A stretch of DNA of 64,000 nucleotides, from contig CAKOMQ010000003.1 of assembly GCA_934096715.1 (NCBI GenBank), positions 5,721-69,720 on the forward strand, written 5' to 3'. Of the stretch, positions 56,759 to 64,000 are shown in pieces. The first letter of the stretch is position 1. Every line of letters starts with the position of its first letter. The translations under genes and the position numbers were made by a program. The notes under the pieces are model-generated. The model was given only the letters and a program-made list of their open reading frames with translations. It was not told where the DNA came from and searched no databases. The DNA comes from an uncultured Bacilli bacterium (GTDB lineage Bacteria > Bacillota_I > Bacilli_A > RF39 > UBA660).

Positions 56759-57571
56759 TTATCTAGCAATTCCTTGCTCCTTTTCTTCACTAATTAAAAT
56801 TCCTCTAGACTTCATAACAGCATTTACCATTTTTTGATATTCATCATAATTGATTTCAACAAATTCAGCACCGTTAATAACTTCATTTACATAATTCCAT
56901 CCACTAAAATTAGTTGGAATTTCTTTATCCTTTTCGAAAACTCCTTTGCTATATATTTCAGTTTTATTATTATCCTTTACCACACAATGTTTTTTCACTA
57001 TTTCTTTTGTACCACGGTCGATTTGATAAAATTCTTCACTAGAATCATTGCCTTCTCTTTTGTATACTCTGTAATCATTAATAATATCATTAAAACTACT
57101 TTCTATCTCATTTTCAAATTCTACCCCATTAGCAATACCTTTGTTAATAAATATTTCACGATTACTTGGAATACCTTGTTGAAGCACATTGAAAGAATTT
57201 ACATAACGATTTATAGTTGTTGTTACATCTTCTCCTTTTTTAACAGTCTCGCTAAATTCAGCAGTAATAAATTTACCAACTTCATTATATTCTTGATCAT
57301 AAGTTAAACTGATAGAAGTGTCATTATCTCCTAAAGTTAACTTCATTTTTTCTCTTCCATTTTCATCATCATTTTTATCAAAAGATATAGTTAAATCCTT
57401 TTTAGAGAGTTTTTGTTGCTCTTCTAAAAATTTACCTAATGTATTATTTTTCATAATTCCATTACCTGCTGGTTCTAACTTTCTTTTAAGTTCAGTTTCG
57501 ATTTCATAAATATTTAGACCATCCACAACTGTTCTCCCATTAATTTTTTTAAACATTCCTAAAAATTCCAT
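56759..57571 (-). CDS. Paralogue 4 (ends ...KEQGIAR)
   Basis: AAGGAG SD 6 nt before the ATG. Contains ISLTYDQE, NRYVNSFN and GNDSSEEFYQI motifs. Confidence 0.55.
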   Translation of the reverse strand: MEFLGMFKKINGRTVVDGLNIYEIETELKRKLEPAGNGIMKNNTLGKFLEEQQKLSKKDLTISFDKNDDENGREKMKLTLGDNDTSISLTYDQEYNEVGKFITAEFSETVKKGEDVTTTINRYVNSFNVLQQGIPSNREIFINKGIANGVEFENEIESSFNDIINDYRVYKREGNDSSEEFYQIDRGTKEIVKKHCVVKDNNKTEIYSKGVFEKDKEIPTNFSGWNYVNEVINGAEFVEINYDEYQKMVNAVMKSRGILISEEKEQGIAR

Positions 57572-57614
57572 ACTTATCTCCTTTTCTACAATAAAAGTAC
57601 CATATCTTTTTAAT

Positions 57615-57655
57615 GTTTACAATTAATTTATTATTTCAGTTTACAATTAGTTTAC
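57615..57655. repeat. Direct repeats GTTTACAATTA (x2, plus partial third) upstream of paralogue 4
   Basis: Copies at 57615-57625 and 57639-57649, with a partial GTTTAC at 57650-57655. They lie within the promoter region. Confidence 0.6.
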
Positions 57656-57860
57656 TCAAATTAAATAGTATATTACACAAAAAATCTTTTTAATGGTTTG
57701 ATTTTAGATAATATTAATGAAGTAAAATATGATGCAACAAATGTAAATACTAATACTTATAATGCCTATTTTTTTATTATTAATAAGATGAATAAATAAG
57801 TATATCTTACCTAGTATAAATAATTTAAGTATCATAAATAATTTCTAGCATTTAAAAAGC

Positions 57861-58913
57861 TCACTTTATAGCAAGCTTGCTAAATATCTTCTTTATTACA
57901 AATTTATCAATTACATTATATATCAAGTTTATAATATAGGAGATAATCAAAGATAGAATAAAGATAATAGGAATTATTTTAATATAATTGATTAAACTAC
58001 AAGTTATAGAAGAATTAAAATATATTTTGTAAATATATTGATCTACTAAGTAAGAAGATAAATACATAACAAATGATAATTGAGATACTTTAACAATTAT
58101 CATTTTAAATAAATTAGGTAATTTATTTAAATCCATTTTTAGTATTGTTATAAACAGAAATGTTGAATTCATTACATTGAATATACTACCCCAATCATTA
58201 TGAATTCCCCATACAAAATTATTATCATGGGATAAATAAATATTTAATACAGATGAAATAATTAAAGAAAATAAAAATAATAAGAATGTTTTTGATATTT
58301 TAAAATCATCTTTGTATTCAGATATATAAGCACCAATATAATAATAAGTAAATGGATATAGTGTCAACCAATAATCCATGGTTACTACATGTTTTATATT
58401 CAATAATCCAGGCAAACTGGTTAACAATATGAATGTTCCAATTAATATTTTCTTTTCTTTTTTACCAGAGAGATTCTTATAGATAATATTTAAAAATGGA
58501 ATAAGCAAAAATAACCCAATGTACATTTCTACATACCAACTATAGCCAGTTTGATTAAAATCTAATAAACTATTTCTAATAAATTCTATACTTAATTCAG
58601 TATGTAATATAAAATAATTAAATAAGAAAAAAACAATTACATAAAGGAAATAAGATATCAACACTCTTGATATTGATAAATAATATGATTTACTTAATTC
58701 TTTTTTTCTCATTAGATATCCAGTAGTAATCAAAAATAGTGGTACACATGTCATGCAAAGAGTTCTAAAAGTTGTTGCTAAATATAATTGCTTGTCAGAT
58801 ATTGGAACAAAATAAAAATTAGTATTTAGAAAAAAATGAACAGACATCACCAAAAATACAGCAAGTGCTTTTATTAAATCTACACTAACATTTCTACTTA
58901 TAACTTTATTCAT
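57861..58913 (-). CDS. Acyltransferase family 3 membrane protein
   Basis: About 350 aa and 10 TM. The N-terminus SVDLIKALAVFLVMSVHFF is typical of acyltransferase_3. The ATG at 58913 follows an AAGGTGA SD. Confidence 0.7.
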   Translation of the reverse strand: MNKVISRNVSVDLIKALAVFLVMSVHFFLNTNFYFVPISDKQLYLATTFRTLCMTCVPLFLITTGYLMRKKELSKSYYLSISRVLISYFLYVIVFFLFNYFILHTELSIEFIRNSLLDFNQTGYSWYVEMYIGLFLLIPFLNIIYKNLSGKKEKKILIGTFILLTSLPGLLNIKHVVTMDYWLTLYPFTYYYIGAYISEYKDDFKISKTFLLFLFSLIISSVLNIYLSHDNNFVWGIHNDWGSIFNVMNSTFLFITILKMDLNKLPNLFKMIIVKVSQLSFVMYLSSYLVDQYIYKIYFNSSITCSLINYIKIIPIIFILSLIISYIINLIYNVIDKFVIKKIFSKLAIK

Positions 58914-58984
58914 ACACAATCACCTTAACCTTACATATATCTTATTATAAATAAAGCATTCTTGTCAACAAAAGAAAAAGAGAA

Positions 58985-59845
58985 TTACATTTTTCTCTCA
59001 TCAATATCTTTCATTGTTCTATCCATATTGTAAAAGTTAAGTAGAATATCATAAGCTTCTTTTGCATAAGCAGGTTCCACATACTTGTTAAATAAATCTT
59101 TATATCCTTCAAGAGCATTATCATATCCATAACATTCAATTGCCATCAGTTTTTTAGCAACTTCATGATCTTTTCCCTTTAAAGATTGAATAGCAAGTAC
59201 CGTTGCAAATAATATATAATCAGCATATGTTTTACATTCTTTTAATTTATCAAATTTTTCGCCTTTTCTATAATGTTCAATTACTGATGGTGAAACCATA
59301 GTCATATCAAGATCAGGATTTTTTTCTTTATATCCTTTTGCATCTGTTAAAACTTCTCTTTCTAAATAGCCAAGTGCTCCTACACAACCATTATCTAAAT
59401 CATCACTTCTAGAAATAATTTCAGTAGTTTCTAATATTTCCGGATCCATTGGCATTTTTTTGAAAGGTATAAATTGCATTCTACCATGATACATAACACT
59501 TTGTCTTATAACATCCAATTCAAATGATGTTTCTAACTTCTTTTGAAATAAAAATCTTGTTATTAAATCTTCACCTAAATTATGATGAAGAATTAAATCA
59601 TCTCTAAATCCACCTAATATTTCATATTGGGGAAATCTTCCAATATCATGAAATTTGGCTGCAACTTCAGCCATTTTATTACCGGGTGCAATCATTTTAG
59701 TTATTGTAGCAGCTCTATTAATATGTTCTATTTTATCTAAAATAGTATCTCTACCATTAAGTCCTACATATTTCTCAAATTGTTCTTTTAAATAACTATC
59801 AATAAAATTATCAAGTTTAGTTAGTGTTTCTAAATCATATCTCAT
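58985..59845 (-). CDS. HD-domain phosphohydrolase-like protein
   Basis: 286 aa; HINRAATI...AAKFHDIGRF is an HD motif. Confidence 0.55.
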   Translation of the reverse strand: MRYDLETLTKLDNFIDSYLKEQFEKYVGLNGRDTILDKIEHINRAATITKMIAPGNKMAEVAAKFHDIGRFPQYEILGGFRDDLILHHNLGEDLITRFLFQKKLETSFELDVIRQSVMYHGRMQFIPFKKMPMDPEILETTEIISRSDDLDNGCVGALGYLEREVLTDAKGYKEKNPDLDMTMVSPSVIEHYRKGEKFDKLKECKTYADYILFATVLAIQSLKGKDHEVAKKLMAIECYGYDNALEGYKDLFNKYVEPAYAKEAYDILLNFYNMDRTMKDIDERKM

Positions 59846-59936
59846 ACTTTCTCTCCTTCGCTATAATTAAATCGTAGCATAAAAAAAGAATAGATTCAAT
59901 TATTAAGATGATTTAAGCGTAAAAAAATAGTAAAGT

Positions 59937-61043
59937 TTATTTACTATATCTTTCTATAATAGCATCTACTATTCTTTCACTTGCATGCCCATCTCCATAT
60001 GGATTTATAGCATTTGACATATTTTCATACGCTTTCTTATCTGTTAGTAGCTTTTTAGTTTCATTATATATTTTATCAGTATCTGTACCTACTAATTTTA
60101 ATGTTCCAGCTTCTATTCCCTCCGGTCTTTCTGTTACATCTCTTAAAACAAGCACAGGCTTATTTAAACTAGGTGCCTCTTCTTGAAGTCCACCACTATC
60201 AGTAAGCACTATGTAACTTTTATTTATAAAGTTATGAAAATCAAACACATCAAGCGGATCAATTAACTTTATCTTATCACAATCTTTAAACAATTCATTA
60301 GCTATGTTTCTAACTTTAGGATTTAGATGAACTGGATATATTACCTTTACATCATCAAATTCATCAACGATTCTTTTTATTGCAGTAAAAATATGTTTCA
60401 TTGGTTCACCCAAGTTCTCTCTTCTATGAGCAGTCAAAAGTATTAATTTTTCTCCATCTTTTATCCAATCCAATTCTTTATGAGAATAATCTTCTTTTAC
60501 TGTAGTAGTCATCGCATCAATAGCAGTATTACCAGTTATATATATGTTCTCTTCCTTTCTATTCTCATTAATTAAATTATCGAAGCACAACTTAGTAGGA
60601 GCAAAATTCATATCAGCCATACAGCTAACCATTTGTCTATTCATCTCTTCTGGAAAAGGAGCATATTTATCATTTGTTCTAAGGCCAGCTTCTACATGGC
60701 CAATATCTATTTGATTATAGAACGCCGCAAGAGATCCAGCGAAAGTCGTTGTTGTATCTCCATGAACAAGAACAATATTAGGATTCACTTCTTTAATAAT
60801 CCTTTCAAGTCCATTAAGGGCCCTAGTAGTAACTTCTCCAAGAGTTTGACCATCCTTCATAATATTTAAATCATAATCAGGCTTAATATCAAAAGTTTCA
60901 AGAACTTGGTCTAACATTTGTCTATGTTGCGCTGTTACACATACAATACTTTCAATTTCTTCTCTTTTCTCTAATTCTTTAACAAGTGGAGCCATTTTTA
61001 TAGCTTCTGGTCTTGTTCCAAATATACTCATTACTTTAATCAT
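59937..61043 (-). CDS. mnaA: UDP-N-acetylglucosamine 2-epimerase (non-hydrolysing)
   Basis: MKVMSIFGTRPEAIKMAPL, VHGDTTT, HVEAGLRT and TDSGGLQEEAPSLNKPVLVLRDVTERPEG are canonical WecB/MnaA motifs. Confidence 0.9.
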   Translation of the reverse strand: MIKVMSIFGTRPEAIKMAPLVKELEKREEIESIVCVTAQHRQMLDQVLETFDIKPDYDLNIMKDGQTLGEVTTRALNGLERIIKEVNPNIVLVHGDTTTTFAGSLAAFYNQIDIGHVEAGLRTNDKYAPFPEEMNRQMVSCMADMNFAPTKLCFDNLINENRKEENIYITGNTAIDAMTTTVKEDYSHKELDWIKDGEKLILLTAHRRENLGEPMKHIFTAIKRIVDEFDDVKVIYPVHLNPKVRNIANELFKDCDKIKLIDPLDVFDFHNFINKSYIVLTDSGGLQEEAPSLNKPVLVLRDVTERPEGIEAGTLKLVGTDTDKIYNETKKLLTDKKAYENMSNAINPYGDGHASERIVDAIIERYSK

Positions 61044-61764
61044 TATTTTTACCTTTACTTTCTTTTTTTATTTGAATAACAAATTTGACATTATTATTTA
61101 TAAATCTTTTTATTCTTTTTGGTTCACAAATGATTCTGTAAAGCCATTCTAAATTCAATTTGATAAATATTTTCGGAGCTCTCTTTTTGCATCCACTTAG
61201 TACATCAAGCGATCCACCTACTCCAATAAAAATACCTTTATTAAAATCTTTTAAATGTTTATAAATCAATCTTTCTTGATATGGAATTCCTAACGCAACT
61301 ATCACTATATCCGGTTTAGCTTTTTTAATTTTTTCAAATTCTTTATCGCGATCTTCTACATAACCATTTGTAAGTCCTACTAAATTAATACCACTATAAT
61401 TAGATTTTATTTTTTCACTAAGTGCTATAAGCGTTTCTTCTTTGCTTCCAAATATATAAACTTTCTTCTTGTGTTTGCTTGCATATTTTAATAAGTACTC
61501 ACAAATATCTACTCCAGGTATTCTTTCTTTAAAATCAACTTTCAAAAGTTTACCTGCTTTAATTACTGCAACACCATCTGGAACAACTGAATTATTAGTA
61601 TCAAGTAACATTTTACTTACTTCTTCATCTGTTTTTGCCATACTAAGTGTTTCTGGATTAGCAGTAATTATAAATTTTTTTTGATCATTTTCCAAAAGAT
61701 TATCCAAATATTCATAATAATCTTTTTTAGTTCCTTTGTACATTAATTGTAAATATTCTTTCAT
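61036..61764 (-). CDS. tagA: WecG/TagA/CpsF-family glycosyltransferase
   Basis: Motifs TANPETLSMA, VPDGVAV, FGSKEE, ALGIPYQE, GVGGSLDVLSG and APKIFIKLNLEWLYR. Confidence 0.8.
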   Translation of the reverse strand: MKEYLQLMYKGTKKDYYEYLDNLLENDQKKFIITANPETLSMAKTDEEVSKMLLDTNNSVVPDGVAVIKAGKLLKVDFKERIPGVDICEYLLKYASKHKKKVYIFGSKEETLIALSEKIKSNYSGINLVGLTNGYVEDRDKEFEKIKKAKPDIVIVALGIPYQERLIYKHLKDFNKGIFIGVGGSLDVLSGCKKRAPKIFIKLNLEWLYRIICEPKRIKRFINNNVKFVIQIKKESKGKNND

Positions 61765-64000
61765 TTTATCACTCCATCAATAAATTTTAACCATTCTTTC
61801 TTAATATTTTCAAATTTATATTTAATACTCGTAATTCTTGCGTTTTTTCCTAATAGTTCTTTATCTTTTAAACTCATGTTTAAATACTTATCTACAGTAG
61901 CTGAATATTCATCTATATTTCTATTTTTTACAATAAAACCATTATCTTTATTAATCACACTTATTGCGCCTTTAGCACTATCAAACGAAATACATGGCAC
62001 TTTATAACTCATTGCTTCAATTATTACAAGTCCAAATGATTCTTCAAAAGATGTCATCATATATAATGAAGATTCTTTTAAATATTTACTAATAAATTTT
62101 TGATCTTTGAATCCCCAAAATTTCACTTTATTTTGAATACCTAATTCTTTAGAATATTCTATTAAATGTTCTTTTTCACTACCGTCACCAAAAATATTCA
62201 AGTATATATCATTAGTTTTTAGCTTACTTACAATTGTTAATAAATCATAAAATCCTTTTTCCTTTTCAAGTCTACCAATAGCAATTAAATTATTTGTATC
62301 TAATTTTGATAACTCGTTAGTTTCGGGATAATAATTTAAGCTAAGTGGAATATATTTTAATTTAGCATTAACATGATCTTTGTACTCATTATATATTGGC
62401 ATACTTACTGGCATAATATAATCAATATTTTCAAGATTATTTAACCCTTTTATATAAGTAGTGCTGACACTATAAGTATGCTCTTGATGAATATTTATTA
62501 TTTCTTCTCTACTATATTTATTCAATATTTTAGAAAATTCTATTCTAGTAGATATAATAATTTTTGAATCACATTCAATTATACCTTTTTTTATCCATCT
62601 ATTTTTATTAATTAAAATGTATATTGCTTTAAATCCTTCCTTAAAAATACCTACAATATTCTTATTTTTAATTTCATTTTTAAATAATTCTTTATTAGAA
62701 CAAATATTAGTTAAATATTTGATTTTAACTTTTCTGTCAATTTTAAATGGTATTTCTTCTTTTTTATACAATGAAATAATTTCAACTTCATAATCATCTT
62801 TTAACATATTAGCAGTATTAGCAATTACATTTTCAACACCACCATATCCAAGATGAAGTGCTAAAATAGAAATCTTCTTCTGATTTATTGTTTTATCAAA
62901 ATATTTAAGCTCATTAAACAAGTAACAAAAATAAATTGCAATATATATAGATACTGCTGGGGCAAGAAAAACATGTCCTGCAGTTGAAGATATACCTAGT
63001 GTTAATAAAATCATCAAAATTAAAAATATTGACTCAGCTGTTATATTCTTTTTTCTTTTTAAAACAATATACAAAGCATATACAAAAGGGTATGCTAATA
63101 ATAAAATACCAACAATTCCTAAATGAAAGAACACATCTAATATATCTATTTCAATTAATTTTTCACTTCTAATATTATTTATTCTTGTAGTATTAGAAAA
63201 TCCCATACCAAATAGTGAATAATCATCTTTATAAGATTCTTTATATATACGATATGTATTTAAAGCATATACGTCTCTACTACTTAGTAATTTTGAACCA
63301 ATTTCTTTAAATTTAATATAGAACTTATCATTTTTATACTTTTCTTCATCATTTGACAATTCTTTATTTATATTGGCTATTTCATTCATTTCACTTTCAC
63401 TTAAAGAATTTTTCATATTTGTCGCTGCATAATTATTAACCATAAATAAAATAGATACTAAAAACATAAGAAATGGAATAATAATATTTTTACTATTAAT
63501 CTTTTTTTCTTTAATTATAGATAAAACTAGTATTAAAAATGTAATAATTAGTATACCAAATAAAGTAACTTTTGTACCAATTAATCCTATAGTATATAAA
63601 CTTATTAAAAATAAAATAATCATTACAATTTTATTTTTATTATATAAAACATATATAAATGGAAATAATAATAAAAGAATTGTAGACACTTCATTAGCGG
63701 CATAATACCAACCCACAGACCCGGCATAATTAACATTAGAATATGAACTAAAATTAATATTAAATATTGTTGGAATAGTTATAAAAATAATATAAATAAT
63801 TAAACTTACAAATATTATTTTATTTAATTTATCTTTTGGGAATCCTTTTTCATCAAATATATTTATAAACGTAAATAGCATAGTTGGAAAATATATAAAT
63901 CTTAATAAATAATTACATTCATTTAAGAAAATATTTGAATTTAATAAATCTATTTTAAAACTAAAATATAATAAAATATATAATAAAATAAATCCAAAAT
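61761..64000 (-). CDS. Fusion of an O-antigen-ligase-like polytopic membrane domain and a GT4 (group 1) glycosyltransferase; 5' end probably outside the window
   Basis: The N-terminal ~330 aa are multi-TM. The C-terminal GT4 carries GRLEKEKGFYDL and SFEESFGLVIIEAMSYKVPCISF. The frame stays open (hydrophobic) from 63881 to the window edge. Confidence 0.65.
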   Translation of the reverse strand, partial: FGFILLYILLYFSFKIDLLNSNIFLNECNYLLRFIYFPTMLFTFINIFDEKGFPKDKLNKIIFVSLIIYIIFITIPTIFNINFSSYSNVNYAGSVGWYYAANEVSTILLLLFPFIYVLYNKNKIVMIILFLISLYTIGLIGTKVTLFGILIITFLILVLSIIKEKKINSKNIIIPFLMFLVSILFMVNNYAATNMKNSLSESEMNEIANINKELSNDEEKYKNDKFYIKFKEIGSKLLSSRDVYALNTYRIYKESYKDDYSLFGMGFSNTTRINNIRSEKLIEIDILDVFFHLGIVGILLLAYPFVYALYIVLKRKKNITAESIFLILMILLTLGISSTAGHVFLAPAVSIYIAIYFCYLFNELKYFDKTINQKKISILALHLGYGGVENVIANTANMLKDDYEVEIISLYKKEEIPFKIDRKVKIKYLTNICSNKELFKNEIKNKNIVGIFKEGFKAIYILINKNRWIKKGIIECDSKIIISTRIEFSKILNKYSREEIINIHQEHTYSVSTTYIKGLNNLENIDYIMPVSMPIYNEYKDHVNAKLKYIPLSLNYYPETNELSKLDTNNLIAIGRLEKEKGFYDLLTIVSKLKTNDIYLNIFGDGSEKEHLIEYSKELGIQNKVKFWGFKDQKFISKYLKESSLYMMTSFEESFGLVIIEAMSYKVPCISFDSAKGAISVINKDNGFIVKNRNIDEYSATVDKYLNMSLKDKELLGKNARITSIKYKFENIKKEWLKFIDGVIK

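Noticed and set aside
54802-57509. Plus-strand ORFs 54802-55053, 55523-55708, 55672-55866, 56834-57307 and 57318-57509 inside the paralogue array.
   Set aside because: They run antisense to the four coherent minus-strand genes. Their F/I/L/Y/S-rich composition is what is expected from reverse-reading AT-rich coding DNA, and they have no SDs or promoters.

Overview
Very AT-rich (mostly under 30% GC by eye) 64-kb chromosomal segment from a low-GC Bacillota-type organism. It is probably a spore former, given SpoVIF-like, YjcZ-like and SleB/CwlJ-like genes and SipW-type signal peptides. Nearly all genes are on the minus strand. The housekeeping backbone is: cvpA-like/rnhC, holA, tag-lepB-rplS, rpsT, miaA, tmcAL, pnp-rpsO, tsaC/sua5, a compact pbp-mraY-ftsW block, def, two tRNAs, prsA, the Bacillus-like ybxB-rpoB-rpoC block, and a cell-envelope glycopolymer cluster (acyltransferase, HD protein, mnaA/wecB, tagA, ligase-like/GT4 fusion running off the right edge). 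Between these lie accessory islets. They include large surface proteins, a RelB/ParE pair, an AbiEi/AbiEii pair, CHAP and YHYH membrane-anchored proteins, and many function-unknown acidic proteins. Main second-look items follow. (1) Nine hypothetical proteins from at least five unrelated families all end in Ser/Ala-Arg-COOH; they include a four-gene paralogue array (54.1-57.6 kb) and an islet next to the tRNAs (38.0-43.5 kb). (2) An apparently self-contained ~150-nt sRNA gene (promoter, two tandem ~49-nt pseudoknot modules with compensatory base changes, terminator) lies upstream of the rpoB operon. (3) An abrupt ~55% GC patch covers the 3' end and 3' flank of a SipW-signal surface protein gene, which also has a C10 homopolymer tract in its promoter region. 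No CRISPR array, rRNA, transposase, integrase or reverse transcriptase was seen.
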